NCBI RefSeq assembly: GCF_058153355.1
Contig: NZ_CM177019.1
Direction: 5' to 3' (one strand)
Length of the DNA: 64,000 nt
Numbering within the stretch: the stretch's first letter is position 1; each line of letters opens with the position of its first letter. The position numbers and the translations under genes were made by a program. Below, piece after piece: positions 1 through 16,185 of this stretch. The notes beneath the pieces were generated by a model. That model was not told where the DNA came from. It worked only from the letters and a program-made list of their open reading frames with translations, and did no database searches.

Positions 1-94
1 GGGGATGGCGGGTTGTCTCTGGGGCAGGGGGTTATTGTTGCGGCCCGTTGGGTGGCGGGTGAAGTCCAGAACGGATAAACGTGTTGCATTTGGA

Positions 95-190
95 TGCAGT
101 GCCGGATGCGGCGTGAACGCCTTATCCGGCCAACACATGCGCTCCCCGTAGGTCGGATAAGACGCGCCAGCGTCGCATCCGACATTTTGG
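95..190. repeat. REP-like palindromic units (GCCGGATGCGGCG...CTTATCCGGCC type) downstream of norW
   Basis: Inverted GC-rich palindromes of the E. coli REP type read directly in the sequence; ORF 94..381 overlapping it is rejected. Confidence 0.5.
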
Positions 191-204
191 GCACACTAGC
201 CCGC

Positions 205-1338
205 CTACATCGGCAAGGTTTTCAACAATCCAAACGCCTCTTTCATCCGATCCTCACTGACTACAAAGGCGCGAAGCTGGTCGGCATCGTCAACGCCGCG
301 CGCCACCATTCCCTGGCTTTCGGTACAAATCTGCCAGTGCAAATCCCGACGCTGGGTTTCGCCTGCCAGATGCAGCGGTAATTCCGGCGTTTTGATTTTC
401 ACCAGCATCGCCGGTAGTTTCAGCGACGTGTTATTGCCGAGAAGATTTTTTGCCAGCACCATCGCGCTAAGTTGAATCGGCTGGAGGAACGGCAATACCT
501 GACCGTTAATTTCCGCGCAATCGCCCAGCGCATAAATATCGGCATTACTGGTTTGCAGATAACTATCGACGCAAACGCCGCGATTAATCGTCAGCCCGGC
601 GCGTCGTGCCAGGGCGGTTTCCGGGCGCAGTCCGGTGGCGGCAATTACCGCATCCACTTCGATGCTGCGCTGGCGGTCCAGCGTTGCCAGAATGCCAGAA
701 TCCGTTTTTTCCAGCCCCTGCAACTGAGATTTCAACAGCAGATAAACGCCCATCTCCGTCAACCGATGCTGCAAGCGGCTGCTTACTTCCGGTGGCATTA
801 ACGACGCCAGAATACTGGCAGCGTTGTCGATTAGCGTGACCGCTTTGCCTGCCCGACAAAAATCCATCGCCAGTTCGCTACCAATCAAACCACCGCCTAC
901 AATCAACACCCGTCGGGCATCCCGCAGTTGTGTTTCACAGGCGCGATACTCTTGCTGACTATTTAACGTCAGCATTAACTCACGCCCAGGAACCGGCGGG
1001 ACAAAGGCGTTGGCACCGGTTGCCAGCACTAGCTTGTCGTATTGCCACTGATTATTCTGGCTTTTCACCACATGGGCTTCGGCATCGATATCCGTCACCC
1101 AGGTGTGCGGAAACAGGCGCAGATTAAACTGCTCGGCAAATTCACCCGCCGTCTGGCGGGTAAGGTCGTCGGCACGTTGCCCCTGACTGATCACATGGCT
1201 AAGATCAGGTTTGTTGTACTCATCCATGCTGTCGGCGGCAATCAGAGTCAATGGAATACCGGTATCCTGTTTACGAATATTTTTCACCAGTTGGCGGGCG
1301 GCGAAGCCTGAACCAATGATCACAATGCCGTTGCTCAT
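205..1338 (-). CDS. norW: NADH:flavorubredoxin reductase
   Basis: 377 aa ORF with N-terminal GSGFAA dinucleotide-binding motif; 4-bp overlap with norV upstream; synteny norW-norV-norR. Confidence 0.9.
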   Translation of the reverse strand: MSNGIVIIGSGFAARQLVKNIRKQDTGIPLTLIAADSMDEYNKPDLSHVISQGQRADDLTRQTAGEFAEQFNLRLFPHTWVTDIDAEAHVVKSQNNQWQYDKLVLATGANAFVPPVPGRELMLTLNSQQEYRACETQLRDARRVLIVGGGLIGSELAMDFCRAGKAVTLIDNAASILASLMPPEVSSRLQHRLTEMGVYLLLKSQLQGLEKTDSGILATLDRQRSIEVDAVIAATGLRPETALARRAGLTINRGVCVDSYLQTSNADIYALGDCAEINGQVLPFLQPIQLSAMVLAKNLLGNNTSLKLPAMLVKIKTPELPLHLAGETQRRDLHWQICTESQGMVARGVDDADQLRAFVVSEDRMKEAFGLLKTLPM

Positions 1339-2774
1339 TTTGCCTCCGATGCCAGTTCGTCAAAGACGTCTTTGCCGAGGGAGCATTCCGGGCACAGGAA
1401 GTTATCCGGGACTTCACTCCACGGCGTTCCTGGCGCAACGTCCTGCATTGGCTCGCCTTTTGCCGGATCGTAAATCCACTGGCAGACACTGCACTGCATC
1501 CGCGGACCGAGATCAGCCGTCGTGGTGGCACAGGTTTCTTCTTTAACCACTGTATTCACCGTGCTTTGCGGCAGCGGTGCGAGCGCCCACTGACGGGCGA
1601 TTTCACGACCGTGTTCACGGCATAATTCCAGTGCATCCTGGTCCGGTCGCCATTTGGCTTTCAGGCTAAGCGACATTTCGAAACCCGCATCTTGCAGGCG
1701 CGTGGAAAGACGATCCACGGCACCGCCGCTCCAGCCGTGAGAGCCGAAAGCACTGGCGCGTTTGTTACGGAAGCGTAATCCGGTCATCTCCTCCACCAGC
1801 CCGGCGATTTTCGGCATCATCACGTTATTCATCGTCGAAGTGCCAACCAGCACGCCTTTTGAGCGGAAGACATTGGTCAGGATTTCGTTTTTATCGCTTC
1901 GGGCGACGTTGAAAATTTTCACCGCCACGCGCGGGTCGGTTTCCGCAATCCCCTGGGCGATAGCGTCAGCCATCATGCGGGTGTTATTCGACACGGTGTC
2001 GTAGAAAATGGTGATTCTGTCTTCCTGATAATCCGCCGCCCATTTCAGGTACAGCTCGACAATTTGCGTCGGGTTATCGCGCCATACCACGCCGTGAGAG
2101 GTGGCAATCATATCGACCGGCAAGTTAAAGCCCAGGATCTCGGTGATTTTCGGCGTTACCAGGCGGCTGAACGGTGTCAGGATATTGGCGTAGTAACGCT
2201 GACACTGCTCGAAAAGCTCGGTCTGATCCACTTCATCGTTGAAGAGATGCTCGTCGCAGTAGTGCTGACCGAAAGCATCGTTACTGAACAGCACCGCGTC
2301 GCCCGTCAGGTAAGTCATCATGCTGTCCGGCCAGTGCAGCATTGGCGTTTCGACAAAAATGAGTTGTTTGCCGTTGCCGATATCCAGCGTGTCGCCGGTT
2401 TTCACCACGTTGAAATTCCACTCTGGATGATGGTGATGACCATTTATTGAGTCGATAGCGTTGGCAGTACAATAGATCGGCGTATCGGGAATTTGTGCCA
2501 TCAGTTCGGTCAGCGCCCCGGCGTGGTCCTCTTCAGCATGGTTAATCACGATGTAATCGATATCCGCCAGATCGATTTCATTACGCAGGTTCTGCACAAA
2601 TTCGCGGCTGAATTTATGGTCGACGGTGTCGATCAGCACGTTTTTTTCTTCGCGAATGAGGTAGCTGTTGTAGCTGCTGCCGCGCAGCGTTTTATATTCC
2701 GTGCCGTGAAAATCACGCACTTCCCAGTCACGTTGACCAACCCAATGAATGTTATTTTTCACCACAATAGACAT
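1335..2774 (-). CDS. norV: Anaerobic nitric oxide reductase flavorubredoxin
   Basis: 479 aa ORF with metallo-beta-lactamase/flavodoxin core and C-terminal rubredoxin CxxC...CxxC motifs; divergent from norR. Confidence 0.92.
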   Translation of the reverse strand: MSIVVKNNIHWVGQRDWEVRDFHGTEYKTLRGSSYNSYLIREEKNVLIDTVDHKFSREFVQNLRNEIDLADIDYIVINHAEEDHAGALTELMAQIPDTPIYCTANAIDSINGHHHHPEWNFNVVKTGDTLDIGNGKQLIFVETPMLHWPDSMMTYLTGDAVLFSNDAFGQHYCDEHLFNDEVDQTELFEQCQRYYANILTPFSRLVTPKITEILGFNLPVDMIATSHGVVWRDNPTQIVELYLKWAADYQEDRITIFYDTVSNNTRMMADAIAQGIAETDPRVAVKIFNVARSDKNEILTNVFRSKGVLVGTSTMNNVMMPKIAGLVEEMTGLRFRNKRASAFGSHGWSGGAVDRLSTRLQDAGFEMSLSLKAKWRPDQDALELCREHGREIARQWALAPLPQSTVNTVVKEETCATTTADLGPRMQCSVCQWIYDPAKGEPMQDVAPGTPWSEVPDNFLCPECSLGKDVFDELASEAK

Positions 2775-2820
2775 AGCAACCTCAATTTATTCAGCGTGTT
2801 CTAAAAAGATGTCTTGCTAA

Positions 2821-2838
2821 TTGCAGATTGCGTGCCAG
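2821..2838 (-). promoter_or_regulatory. Sigma54 (-24/-12) promoter for norV
   Basis: Minus-strand reading TGGCACgcaatcTGCA (GG-N10-GC) upstream of norV; consistent with the sigma54 AAA+ activator NorR encoded divergently. Confidence 0.6.
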
Positions 2839-2892
2839 TTTTTTATCTGATTGTTTTTACTATATAAATAAAATTATGCTCATTAATGAGTA

Positions 2893-2948
2893 GTCAAAAT
2901 GACTATCAATAAAATGGTCGATATGACAATATCTATAGTCAAATTGAC
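2893..2948. promoter_or_regulatory. Three NorR enhancer sites (GT-N7-AC inverted repeats) in the norR-norV intergenic region
   Basis: gtcaaaatgac (2893-2903), gtcgatatgac (2917-2927), gtcaaattgac (2938-2948) read directly. Confidence 0.65.
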
Positions 2949-2960
2949 AGTGAGGCAAAG

Positions 2961-4475
2961 ATGAGTTTTTCCGTTGATGTGCTGGCGAATATCGCCATCG
3001 AATTGCAGCGTGGGATTGGTCATCAGGATCGTTTTCAGCGCCTGATCACCACGCTGCGTCAGGTGCTGGAGTGCGATGCGTCTGCGTTGCTACGTTACGA
3101 CTCGCGGCAGTTTATTCCGCTTGCCATCGACGGACTGGCAAAGGATGTACTCGGTAGACGCTTTGCGCTGGAAGGGCATCCGCGGCTGGAAGCGATAGCC
3201 CGCGCCGGGGACGTGGTGCGCTTTCCCGCAGACAGCGAATTGCCCGATCCCTATGACGGTTTGATTCCCGGGCAGGAGAGTCTGAAGGTTCACGCCTGCG
3301 TTGGTCTGCCGTTATTTGCCGGACAAAACCTGATCGGTGCATTGACACTCGACGGGATGCAGCCCGATCAGTTCGATGTTTTCAGCGACGAAGAGTTACG
3401 GCTGATTGCCGCGCTGGCAGCGGGAGCGTTAAGCAATGCGTTGCTGATTGAACAACTGGAAAGTCAGAATATGCTGCCGGGCGATGCCGCGCCGTTTGAA
3501 GCGCTGAAAGAGACGCAGATGATCGGCCTGTCGCCAGGCATGACGCAATTGAAAAAAGAGATTGAGATTGTGGCGGCGTCCGATCTCAACGTCCTAATTA
3601 GCGGTGAGACGGGAACCGGTAAGGAGCTGGTGGCGAAAGCGATTCATGAAGCCTCGCCACGGGCGGTGAATCCGCTGGTCTATCTCAACTGTGCCGCACT
3701 GCCGGAAAGTGTGGCGGAAAGTGAACTGTTCGGGCATGTGAAAGGAGCGTTTACTGGCGCTATCAGTAACCGCAGCGGGAAGTTTGAAATGGCGGATAAC
3801 GGCACGCTGTTTCTGGATGAGATCGGCGAGTTGTCGTTGGCATTGCAGGCCAAGCTGCTGAGGGTGTTGCAGTATGGCGATATTCAGCGCGTTGGCGATG
3901 ACCGTAGTTTGCGGGTCGATGTGCGCGTGCTGGCGGCGACTAACCGCGACTTACGCGAAGAGGTGCTGGCAGGGCGATTTCGTGCTGACTTGTTTCATCG
4001 CCTGAGTGTGTTTCCGCTTTCGGTGCCGCCGCTGCGTGAGCGGGGTGATGACGTCATTCTGCTGGCGGGGTATTACTGCGAACAGTGCCGCCTGCGGTTG
4101 GGGCTTTCCCGCGTGGTGTTAAGTTCCGGGGCGCGGAATTTATTGCAACATTATAGTTTTCCGGGAAACGTGCGTGAACTGGAACATGCTATTCACCGGG
4201 CGGTAGTGCTGGCGAGAGCGACCCGCAGCGGCGATGAAGTGATTCTTGAAGCGCAACATTTTGCTTTTCCTGAGGTGACATTGCCGCCGCCAGAAGTGAC
4301 GGCGGTGCCCGTCGTTAAGCAAAACCTGCGTGAAGCGACAGAAGCGTTCCAGCGTGAAACCATTCGCCAGGCACTGGCAAAAAATCATCACAACTGGGCC
4401 GCCTGTGCGCGAATGCTGGAAACTGACGTCGCCAACCTGCATCGGTTGGCGAAACGTCTGGGGCTGAAGGATTAA
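2961..4475 (+). CDS. norR: Sigma54-dependent NO-responsive transcriptional activator
   Basis: 504 aa; N-terminal GAF-like region, central AAA+ domain with GETGTGKE Walker A and GAFTGA motif, C-terminal HTH. Confidence 0.92.
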   Translation: MSFSVDVLANIAIELQRGIGHQDRFQRLITTLRQVLECDASALLRYDSRQFIPLAIDGLAKDVLGRRFALEGHPRLEAIARAGDVVRFPADSELPDPYDGLIPGQESLKVHACVGLPLFAGQNLIGALTLDGMQPDQFDVFSDEELRLIAALAAGALSNALLIEQLESQNMLPGDAAPFEALKETQMIGLSPGMTQLKKEIEIVAASDLNVLISGETGTGKELVAKAIHEASPRAVNPLVYLNCAALPESVAESELFGHVKGAFTGAISNRSGKFEMADNGTLFLDEIGELSLALQAKLLRVLQYGDIQRVGDDRSLRVDVRVLAATNRDLREEVLAGRFRADLFHRLSVFPLSVPPLRERGDDVILLAGYYCEQCRLRLGLSRVVLSSGARNLLQHYSFPGNVRELEHAIHRAVVLARATRSGDEVILEAQHFAFPEVTLPPPEVTAVPVVKQNLREATEAFQRETIRQALAKNHHNWAACARMLETDVANLHRLAKRLGLKD

Positions 4476-5437
4476 ATAATCCCGGCCTGATAGAAATCCT
4501 GCAGGTTAATCGCGCCGACGAGTTTGCCGTTTTCATCTACCACCGGTGCGGCGGTGATTTTGCGCTTCATCAGGATCTCTTTGGCGTCGATGGCGCGACT
4601 TTGCGATAGCAACGTCGTGCCGCCTGCCGTCATCGCTTCATTAACTGGCGTGGTGAGTGCACCGCCGCCAACCAGCCAGCGACGTAAATCCCCATCGGTA
4701 AAGACGCCTTTCACCAGCCGTTGATCGTCGCACACGGCTACCAGTCCCAGACCGGTGCGACTGAGTTCCAGCATCGCATCCATCACGCTGGCGGTTAACG
4801 CCACCTGCGGGATGGCGTCATCACGGCGCATCAGATGATGCACTTTGTTCAGCAAGCGAGCGCCCAGAGCCCCAGCTGGGTGGGAGCGGGCAAAATCTTC
4901 TTCATTAAATCCGCGCGCCTGCATGACCGCCATCGCCAGCGCGTCGCCCATCATCAGGGTATTGACGGTGCTGGAGGTCGGCGCAAGATGCATCGGGCAG
5001 GCTTCGCGTTCTACAGAGATATCCAGCACCGCTTTCGCCGCCAGGCCCAGCGGTGATGTCGGTTTACCGGTCATCGCCAGCAGCGCGATAGATTTGTCTT
5101 CCAGACGCGGAATAATCAGATCCAGTTCCTTTGCGCCACCGGAGTAAGAGATAAACAGCATCACATCGCGGCTTTCAATCATCCCCAGATCGCCGTGCAG
5201 TGCTTCTGCCGGATGGACAAAAAAAGCAGGCGTGCCGGTACTGGCAAGCGTTGCGGCGATTTTCTTACCAATGTGGCCCGATTTGCCAATTCCCGAAACC
5301 ACCACTTTGCCTTCGCAGTGCAGGATGATATTGGCGGCGCGAACAAAATCATCGCCCAGACGTTCTGGTAAACGGCTTGCTTCCTGCAACTCCAGCATTA
5401 ACGTCTGACGTCCCGCGTTCAGTAGTGCTTCACTCAT
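4472..5437 (-). CDS. gutQ: D-arabinose 5-phosphate isomerase (SIS + CBS domains)
   Basis: 321 aa; SIS motif [14 protein letters not shown] and C-terminal CBS pair; last gene of the srl-gut operon. Confidence 0.9.
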   Translation of the reverse strand: MSEALLNAGRQTLMLELQEASRLPERLGDDFVRAANIILHCEGKVVVSGIGKSGHIGKKIAATLASTGTPAFFVHPAEALHGDLGMIESRDVMLFISYSGGAKELDLIIPRLEDKSIALLAMTGKPTSPLGLAAKAVLDISVEREACPMHLAPTSSTVNTLMMGDALAMAVMQARGFNEEDFARSHPAGALGARLLNKVHHLMRRDDAIPQVALTASVMDAMLELSRTGLGLVAVCDDQRLVKGVFTDGDLRRWLVGGGALTTPVNEAMTAGGTTLLSQSRAIDAKEILMKRKITAAPVVDENGKLVGAINLQDFYQAGII

Positions 5438-6203
5438 TGCTTTCTCCGGTTATGATCACATCGATCCCTTTCTCTTCCAGCGCCTGACGAAACGCCGGAT
5501 CGATACCTGCGTCGGTAATTAGCTTATCGACGCTTTCAAGACTGCAAACTACGTTGGGGCTTTTACGGCCAAACTTTGATGAGTCCGCCATCAAAATCAC
5601 TTCGCGCGCGGCATTGCACATTGCCTTACTGACGGTATAAACCTCGTTGAACGTGGTTACGCCCGCATTGAGATCGATGCCGTCGGTGCCCATAAACAAT
5701 TTATCGAAGCTGAAATGTTCGAAGGCATTCTCTGCCAGTTGCCCGTGAAATGAGGCCGATTTTTTACGAAATGTTCCGCCTGGCATCAGGATAGTTTGTT
5801 CGTTATCCAGTTCGGATAGCGCATTGACGATATGCAGGCTGTTGGTCATTACTGTGATGTTATTAAAGCGCGAGAGCAGGGGGACCATCTGCAAAACGGT
5901 ACTGCCAGCATCAAGAATGATTGAATCGCCATCATGAATAAAACTGACGGCAGCTTCTGCAATCAGCTCTTTCTTGTGGGTGTTGATGAGCGTTTTATGA
6001 TCGATAGGTGGATCGGATTCCTCTTTATTTAACACCACGCCGCCATAGGTACGAATGACGGTTCCAGCATGTTCCAGAATGACCAGATCTTTGCGAATGG
6101 TTGTGCCTGTGGTGTCAAAGTATTGCGCCAATTCTTCAACCGAGCATTTCCCCTGCTTTTGCAGGTACTCCAGAATGGCGGCCTGACGCTGACGAGGTTT
6201 CAT
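5430..6203 (-). CDS. srlR: DeoR-family glucitol operon repressor
   Basis: 257 aa; N-terminal HTH, DeoR-type sugar-binding C-terminus; operon position. Confidence 0.9.
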   Translation of the reverse strand: MKPRQRQAAILEYLQKQGKCSVEELAQYFDTTGTTIRKDLVILEHAGTVIRTYGGVVLNKEESDPPIDHKTLINTHKKELIAEAAVSFIHDGDSIILDAGSTVLQMVPLLSRFNNITVMTNSLHIVNALSELDNEQTILMPGGTFRKKSASFHGQLAENAFEHFSFDKLFMGTDGIDLNAGVTTFNEVYTVSKAMCNAAREVILMADSSKFGRKSPNVVCSLESVDKLITDAGIDPAFRQALEEKGIDVIITGESNE

Positions 6204-6269
6204 GGGCGTGATTACCTGATTTAGGTTTCAAAATGATAACTTCGCAAGCTAGTAACATTCACAACGAAA

Positions 6270-6629
6270 TTATCCACGTTTCAGTTTAAGCGCCAATGAT
6301 AGAGCATTCTGTGATAGTGGATCATGGGGAAAGATCACATCGGGCTGTAAATCAGCAGAATGCATGCCCGTAATTGCGGGAATTTTTTGCGGTCGGGCGA
6401 AGACAGTCAGTCCTTTCATAAACAAGGTGTCGACGATGCGCTGCTGATCGTCCAGGGCGATGGCGACCACGACCCGCGGTTTAAAGCGCCCGCTGGAACG
6501 GCCCACGCCAACCCGCCCTTGCTGGCATAGTGTGTCGAAGGCACGGTTAAAACGAGAAATTTGCCAGCCGCCTAAGGCCAGTTGCGCACACCAGGCGATA
6601 ACGGCGACGGTGATGAGTGCGGATACCAT
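6270..6629 (-). CDS. gutM: Glucitol operon activator
   Basis: 119 aa ORF between srlD and srlR with N-terminal hydrophobic segment. Confidence 0.85.
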   Translation of the reverse strand: MVSALITVAVIAWCAQLALGGWQISRFNRAFDTLCQQGRVGVGRSSGRFKPRVVVAIALDDQQRIVDTLFMKGLTVFARPQKIPAITGMHSADLQPDVIFPHDPLSQNALSLALKLKRG

Positions 6630-6656
6630 AACTTTTCCTTAATGTAGTGGCGAAAG

Positions 6657-6730
6657 TCCTGTATGCCTGATGCGCGTAGCGCATCAGGCATTCTATTAGT
6701 CTCACGGAGATCCTTAACGGATCTCCGCTG
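6657..6730. repeat. REP-like palindrome plus second hairpin in the srlD-gutM intergenic region
   Basis: gcctgatgcgcgtagcgcatcaggc perfect palindrome followed by cggagatccttaacggatctccg hairpin. Confidence 0.5.
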
Positions 6731-6734
6731 TTGA

Positions 6735-7889
<1,155 letters not shown>

Positions 7890-7899
7890 GTTTCAGCCT

Positions 7900-9437
<1,538 letters not shown>

Positions 9438-9674
9438 TTATTGTTTTATTACCAAACGGCAACCTAATCTAATCAGATTGAAAGATTTAAAAGTGTTATT
9501 TTGATCGCAAAATGAAAGATAAATATTTTAATTTGAAAGTTTAAATGAAAGGATAGCGAGGAGAATGAGTTGAGTTATGTAAAGTCCGTATCGGGCAGTG
9601 ACTACCGCTTCCTTGTGCGGGGCGTGATGCTTTACCATACTTGCCCCTGGTTGAATCTGTTAAATGGACCCCTC

Positions 9675-10760
9675 ATGTTCAAGCGTCGTTATGTAACATT
9701 GCTTCCCCTTTTTGTGTTGCTTGCCGCCTGTAGCAGCAAGCCAAAACCTACTGAGACTGAAACGACCACCGGAACGCCGTCTGGCGGCTTCCTGCTTGAG
9801 CCGCAGCACAATGTGATGCAGATGGGCGGCGATTTCGCTAACAACCCGAATGCCCAGCAGTTCATCGACAAAATGGTGAGCAAACACGGTTTCAATCGTC
9901 AGCAGTTGCAGGAAATTCTCTCCCAGGCGAAACGTCTGGATTCGGTATTGCGGCTGATGGATAACCAGGCACCAACCACATCGGTGAAACCGCCATCAGG
10001 TCCGAACGGCGCATGGCTGCGTTATCGCAAAAAATTTATTACGCCGGACAACGTGCAAAACGGCGTGGTTTTCTGGAATCAGTATGAAGACGCGTTGAAT
10101 CGTGCGTGGCAGGTGTATGGTGTACCGCCGGAAATTATCGTCGGGATTATCGGCGTCGAAACTCGCTGGGGACGCGTGATGGGGAAAACTCGTATCCTCG
10201 ATGCGCTGGCAACGTTGTCATTTAACTACCCACGCCGCGCGGAGTATTTCTCTGGTGAGCTGGAAACCTTCTTGCTGATGGCGCGCGACGAGCAGGACGA
10301 TCCGCTCAATCTGAAAGGCTCGTTTGCCGGTGCGATGGGCTACGGTCAGTTTATGCCATCGTCTTATAAACAATATGCAGTGGATTTTAGCGGCGACGGG
10401 CATATCAACCTGTGGGATCCGGTTGATGCCATCGGTAGCGTGGCGAACTATTTCAAAGCGCACGGCTGGGTGAAAGGTGATCAGGTTGCGGTAATGGCAA
10501 ACGGTCAGGCTCCAGGCTTGCCAAATGGCTTCAAAACCAAGTACAGCATTTCGCAGCTTGCCGCGGCAGGTTTAACGCCACAGCAGCCGCTGGGCAACCA
10601 TCAGCAGGCCAGCTTACTGCGCCTGGATGTTGGCACCGGTTACCAGTACTGGTACGGTTTGCCGAACTTCTACACTATCACCCGTTACAATCACAGCACC
10701 CATTACGCAATGGCCGTCTGGCAGTTAGGACAAGCCGTGGCACTGGCGCGCGTTCAGTAA
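9675..10760 (+). CDS. mltB: Membrane-bound lytic murein transglycosylase B (lipoprotein)
   Basis: ORF 9570..10760; start placed at internal Met giving MFKRRYVTLLPLFVLLAACSS lipoprotein signal with lipobox. Confidence 0.88.
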   Translation: MFKRRYVTLLPLFVLLAACSSKPKPTETETTTGTPSGGFLLEPQHNVMQMGGDFANNPNAQQFIDKMVSKHGFNRQQLQEILSQAKRLDSVLRLMDNQAPTTSVKPPSGPNGAWLRYRKKFITPDNVQNGVVFWNQYEDALNRAWQVYGVPPEIIVGIIGVETRWGRVMGKTRILDALATLSFNYPRRAEYFSGELETFLLMARDEQDDPLNLKGSFAGAMGYGQFMPSSYKQYAVDFSGDGHINLWDPVDAIGSVANYFKAHGWVKGDQVAVMANGQAPGLPNGFKTKYSISQLAAAGLTPQQPLGNHQQASLLRLDVGTGYQYWYGLPNFYTITRYNHSTHYAMAVWQLGQAVALARVQ

Positions 10761-10769
10761 CTCTTTGCA

Positions 10770-10800
10770 AGAGGGAGGTTAAACTTCCCTCTGTTTTCTT
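10770..10800. terminator. Hairpin plus T-tract after mltB (possibly bidirectional)
   Basis: agagggagg..cttccctct stem followed by gttttctt. Confidence 0.5.
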
Positions 10801-11038
10801 ACTGTTTATTCGAATGACGTAATTGCTTGATTTTTTTCGACAGCGATATCGCATATCCCAGGCAGACAACGCCTAACGCAGCCTGACCGAAGTCGAAAGG
10901 TTCAAGGTAGCCAGAAGATAAAATTTTACATATCACTGAAACCAGTGCGCCGATGCCACCAATGATGACCCAAATACGCATTTGCGTGGTTTGTTTAAGC
11001 ACGTTTTGTGGCGTGTTATCCGTTTTCTTTGTTGCCAT
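10799..11038 (-). CDS. Hypothetical small two-helix membrane protein (79 aa)
   Basis: Internal Met of ORF 10799..11296 is preceded by GGAGAG 6 nt upstream; MATKKTD... followed by two hydrophobic helices; convergent with mltB. Confidence 0.4.
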   Translation of the reverse strand: MATKKTDNTPQNVLKQTTQMRIWVIIGGIGALVSVICKILSSGYLEPFDFGQAALGVVCLGYAISLSKKIKQLRHSNKQ

Positions 11039-11220
11039 TGCTATTCTCTCCCTGTGAATACATATCAATGTGAACGCGGCATGGTAGCGCTTTTTCTTTA
11101 CCGACTGGTCGCAACAGTCTTTTTCCGGAACGCAACTCGTAAAATCAATCGCTCGTCCCCATCTTCTGCGGGAAAGTGCTATCTTGTCCGGCATATATTT
11201 TTTGACTGACTGAGGTTGTG

Positions 11221-11718
11221 ATGATTGACAGTGAACTGATGCAGTTAAGCGAACAGGTAGGGCAGGCGCTGAAAGCCCGTGGCGCAACCGTAACAACTGC
11301 CGAGTCTTGTACCGGCGGTTGGGTAGCGAAAGTGATTACCGATATTGCCGGTAGTTCCGCCTGGTTTGAACGCGGATTTGTCACCTACAGTAACGAAGCC
11401 AAAGCGCAGATGATCGGCGTACGCGAAGAGACGCTGGCGCAGCACGGCGCGGTGAGCGAACCCGTCGTGGTGGAAATGGCGATAGGCGCACTGAAAGCGG
11501 CTCGTGCTGATTATGCCGTGTCTATCAGCGGTATCGCTGGGCCGGATGGCGGCAGTGAAGAGAAACCTGTCGGCACTGTCTGGTTTGCTTTTGCCACTGC
11601 CCGCGGCGAAGGCATTACCCGCCGGGAATGCTTCAGCGGTGACCGTGATGCGGTGCGTCGTCAGGCTACTGCGTATGCATTGCAAACCTTGTGGCAACAA
11701 TTTCTACAAAACACTTGA
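11221..11718 (+). CDS. pncC: NMN amidohydrolase (CinA-like C-terminal domain)
   Basis: 165 aa; ESCTGG motif; immediately upstream of recA. Confidence 0.9.
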   Translation: MIDSELMQLSEQVGQALKARGATVTTAESCTGGWVAKVITDIAGSSAWFERGFVTYSNEAKAQMIGVREETLAQHGAVSEPVVVEMAIGALKAARADYAVSISGIAGPDGGSEEKPVGTVWFAFATARGEGITRRECFSGDRDAVRRQATAYALQTLWQQFLQNT

Positions 11719-12859
<1,141 letters not shown>

Positions 12860-12878
12860 TCGTCTTGTTTGATACACA

Positions 12879-12908
12879 AGGGTCGCATCTGCGGCCCTTT
12901 TGCTTTTT
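12879..12908 (+). terminator. Rho-independent terminator after recA
   Basis: gggtcgcatctgcggccc hairpin followed by ttttgcttttt. Confidence 0.7.
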
Positions 12909-12926
12909 AAGTTGTAAGGGTATGCC

Positions 12927-13427
12927 ATGACAGAATCAACATCCCGTCGCCCGGCATATGCTCGCCTGTTGGATCGTGCGGTACGCATTCTGGCGGTGCG
13001 CGATCACAGTGAGCAAGAACTGCGGCGTAAACTCGCGGCACCGATTATGGGCAAAAATGGCCCGGAAGAGATTGATGCCACGGCAGAAGATTACGAGCGT
13101 GTTATTGCCTGGTGCCATGAACATGGCTATCTCGATGACAGCCGATTTGTGGCGCGCTTTATCGCCAGCCGGAGCCGCAAAGGTTACGGTCCGGCGCGTA
13201 TCCGTCAGGAACTGAATCAGAAAGGTCTTTCCCGCGAGGCGACAGAAAAAGCGATGCGTGAATGTGACATCGACTGGTGTGCACTGGCGCGCGATCAGGC
13301 GACGCGAAAATATGGCGAACCTTTGCCAACTGTCTTTTCAGAAAAAGTTAAGATCCAGCGTTTTCTGCTCTATCGCGGCTATCTGATGGAGGATATCCAG
13401 GATATTTGGCGAAATTTTGCCGACTGA
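12927..13427 (+). CDS. recX: RecA regulator RecX
   Basis: 166 aa ORF directly downstream of recA. Confidence 0.92.
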   Translation: MTESTSRRPAYARLLDRAVRILAVRDHSEQELRRKLAAPIMGKNGPEEIDATAEDYERVIAWCHEHGYLDDSRFVARFIASRSRKGYGPARIRQELNQKGLSREATEKAMRECDIDWCALARDQATRKYGEPLPTVFSEKVKIQRFLLYRGYLMEDIQDIWRNFAD

Positions 13428-13554
13428 ACGCATACGGTATTTTACTTCCCAGTCAAGAAAACTTATCTTATTCCCACTTTTCAGTTACCAGCCCGGCGGT
13501 TAAGACACGCTGTAGCTGGTGGCGATATTTCGTTAGCTTGATTTCAGGATAATT

Positions 13555-16185
13555 ATGAGCAAGAGCACCGCTGAGATCCGTCAGGCGTTTCTCGACTTTT
13601 TCCATAGTAAGGGACATCAGGTAGTTGCCAGCAGCTCCCTGGTACCCCATAACGACCCAACTTTGTTGTTTACCAACGCCGGGATGAACCAGTTCAAGGA
13701 TGTGTTCCTTGGGCTCGACAAGCGTAATTATTCCCGCGCTACCACTTCCCAACGCTGCGTGCGTGCGGGTGGTAAACACAACGACCTGGAAAACGTCGGT
13801 TACACCGCGCGTCACCATACCTTCTTCGAAATGCTGGGCAACTTCAGCTTCGGCGACTATTTCAAACACGATGCTATTCAGTTTGCATGGGAACTGCTGA
13901 CCAGCGAAAAATGGTTTGCCCTGCCGAAAGAGCGTCTATGGGTTACCGTCTATGAAAGCGACGACGAAGCCTACGAAATCTGGGAAAAAGAAGTAGGGAT
14001 CCCGCGCGAACGTATTATTCGCATCGGCGATAACAAAGGTGCGCCATACGCATCTGACAACTTCTGGCAGATGGGTGACACTGGTCCGTGTGGCCCGTGC
14101 ACCGAAATCTTTTACGATCACGGCGACCACATTTGGGGTGGCCCTCCGGGAAGTCCGGAAGAAGACGGCGACCGTTACATTGAGATTTGGAACATCGTCT
14201 TCATGCAGTTCAACCGCCAGGCAGATGGCACGATGGAACCGCTGCCGAAGCCGTCTGTAGATACCGGTATGGGTCTGGAGCGTATTGCTGCGGTGCTGCA
14301 ACACGTTAACTCTAACTATGACATTGACCTGTTCCGCACGCTGATCCAGGCAGTAGCGAAAGTCACTGGTGCGACCGATCTGAGCAATAAATCACTGCGC
14401 GTAATCGCTGACCACATTCGTTCTTGTGCGTTCCTGATCGCGGATGGCGTAATGCCGTCCAACGAAAACCGTGGTTATGTACTGCGTCGTATCATTCGTC
14501 GCGCAGTGCGTCACGGTAATATGCTCGGCGCGAAAGAAACCTTCTTCTACAAACTGGTTGGTCCGCTGATCGACGTTATGGGCTCTGCGGGTGAAGACCT
14601 GAAACGCCAGCAGGCACAGGTTGAGCAGGTGCTGAAGACTGAAGAAGAACAGTTTGCCCGCACTCTGGAGCGCGGTCTGGCGCTGCTGGACGAAGAGCTG
14701 GCGAAACTTTCTGGCGATACGCTGGATGGCGAAACTGCTTTCCGTCTGTACGACACCTACGGTTTCCCAGTTGACCTGACGGCTGATGTTTGTCGTGAAC
14801 GCAACATCAAAGTTGACGAAGCTGGTTTTGAAGCAGCAATGGAAGAGCAGCGTCGTCGTGCGCGCGAAGCCAGCGGCTTTGGTGCCGATTACAACGCAAT
14901 GATCCGTGTTGACAGTGCATCTGAATTTAAAGGCTATGACCATCTGGAACTGAACGGCAAAGTGACTGCGCTGTTTGTTGATGGTAAAGCGGTTGATGCC
15001 ATCAATGCAGGCCAGGAAGCTGTGGTCGTGCTGGATCAAACGCCATTCTATGCGGAATCTGGCGGTCAGGTTGGCGATAAAGGCGAACTGAAAGGCGTTA
15101 ACTTCTCCTTTGCGGTGGAAGATACGCAGAAATACGGCCAGGCGATTGGTCACATCGGTAAACTTGCTGCGGGTTCTCTGAAAGTGGGCGACGCGGTGCA
15201 GGCTGATGTTGATGAGGCTCGTCGCGCTCGTATTCGTCTGAATCACTCCGCAACGCACCTGATGCACGCTGCGCTGCGCCAGGTTCTGGGTACTCATGTA
15301 TCGCAGAAAGGTTCACTGGTTAACGACAAAGTGCTGCGCTTCGACTTTTCACACAACGAAGCGATGAAACCAGAAGAGATTCGTGCGGTTGAAGACCTGG
15401 TGAACGCGCAGATTCGCCGTAACTTGCCGATCGAAACCAACATCATGGATCTCGAAGCGGCGAAAGCGAAAGGTGCGATGGCGCTGTTTGGCGAGAAGTA
15501 TGATGAGCGCGTACGCGTGCTGAGCATGGGCGATTTCTCCACCGAGCTGTGTGGCGGTACTCACGCCAGCCGCACCGGTGATATTGGTCTGTTCCGCATC
15601 ATCTCTGAATCGGGTACTGCTGCAGGTGTTCGTCGTATCGAAGCGGTAACCGGAGAAGGCGCTATCGCCACCGTTCATGCAGACAGCGATCGCTTAAGCG
15701 AAGTCGCACATCTGTTGAAAGGCGATAGCAATAATCTGGCTGATAAAGTGCGCTCAGTACTAGAACGTACGCGTCAGCTGGAAAAAGAGTTACAACAGCT
15801 TAAAGAACAAGCTGCCGCACAGGAGAGCGCAAATCTTTCCAGTAAGGCAATTGATGTTAATGGTGTTAAGCTGTTGGTTAGCGAGCTTAGCGGTGTTGAG
15901 CCGAAAATGTTGCGTACCATGGTTGACGATTTAAAAAATCAGCTGGGGTCGACAATTATCGTGCTGGCAACGGTAGCCGAAGGTAAGGTTTCTCTGATTG
16001 CAGGCGTATCTAAGGACGTCACAGATCGTGTGAAAGCCGGGGAACTGATTGGTATGGTCGCTCAGCAGGTGGGCGGCAAGGGTGGTGGACGTCCTGACAT
16101 GGCGCAAGCCGGTGGTACGGATGCTGCGGCCTTACCTGCAGCGTTAGCCAGTGTGAAAGGCTGGGTCAGCGCGAAATTGCAATAA
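13555..16185 (+). CDS. alaS: Alanine--tRNA ligase
   Basis: 876 aa; class II aaRS motifs and C-terminal DHHA1-like region; synteny recX-alaS-csrA. Confidence 0.97.
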   Translation: MSKSTAEIRQAFLDFFHSKGHQVVASSSLVPHNDPTLLFTNAGMNQFKDVFLGLDKRNYSRATTSQRCVRAGGKHNDLENVGYTARHHTFFEMLGNFSFGDYFKHDAIQFAWELLTSEKWFALPKERLWVTVYESDDEAYEIWEKEVGIPRERIIRIGDNKGAPYASDNFWQMGDTGPCGPCTEIFYDHGDHIWGGPPGSPEEDGDRYIEIWNIVFMQFNRQADGTMEPLPKPSVDTGMGLERIAAVLQHVNSNYDIDLFRTLIQAVAKVTGATDLSNKSLRVIADHIRSCAFLIADGVMPSNENRGYVLRRIIRRAVRHGNMLGAKETFFYKLVGPLIDVMGSAGEDLKRQQAQVEQVLKTEEEQFARTLERGLALLDEELAKLSGDTLDGETAFRLYDTYGFPVDLTADVCRERNIKVDEAGFEAAMEEQRRRAREASGFGADYNAMIRVDSASEFKGYDHLELNGKVTALFVDGKAVDAINAGQEAVVVLDQTPFYAESGGQVGDKGELKGVNFSFAVEDTQKYGQAIGHIGKLAAGSLKVGDAVQADVDEARRARIRLNHSATHLMHAALRQVLGTHVSQKGSLVNDKVLRFDFSHNEAMKPEEIRAVEDLVNAQIRRNLPIETNIMDLEAAKAKGAMALFGEKYDERVRVLSMGDFSTELCGGTHASRTGDIGLFRIISESGTAAGVRRIEAVTGEGAIATVHADSDRLSEVAHLLKGDSNNLADKVRSVLERTRQLEKELQQLKEQAAAQESANLSSKAIDVNGVKLLVSELSGVEPKMLRTMVDDLKNQLGSTIIVLATVAEGKVSLIAGVSKDVTDRVKAGELIGMVAQQVGGKGGGRPDMAQAGGTDAAALPAALASVKGWVSAKLQ

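Noticed and set aside
94-381. 95-aa plus-strand ORF at the window start
   Set aside because: Lies in REP-element sequence and antisense to the norW 3' end; no RBS; composition typical of a shadow frame
14392-15297. 301-aa minus-strand ORF inside alaS
   Set aside because: Antisense shadow ORF within a highly conserved gene; unusual amino-acid composition and no independent start signals
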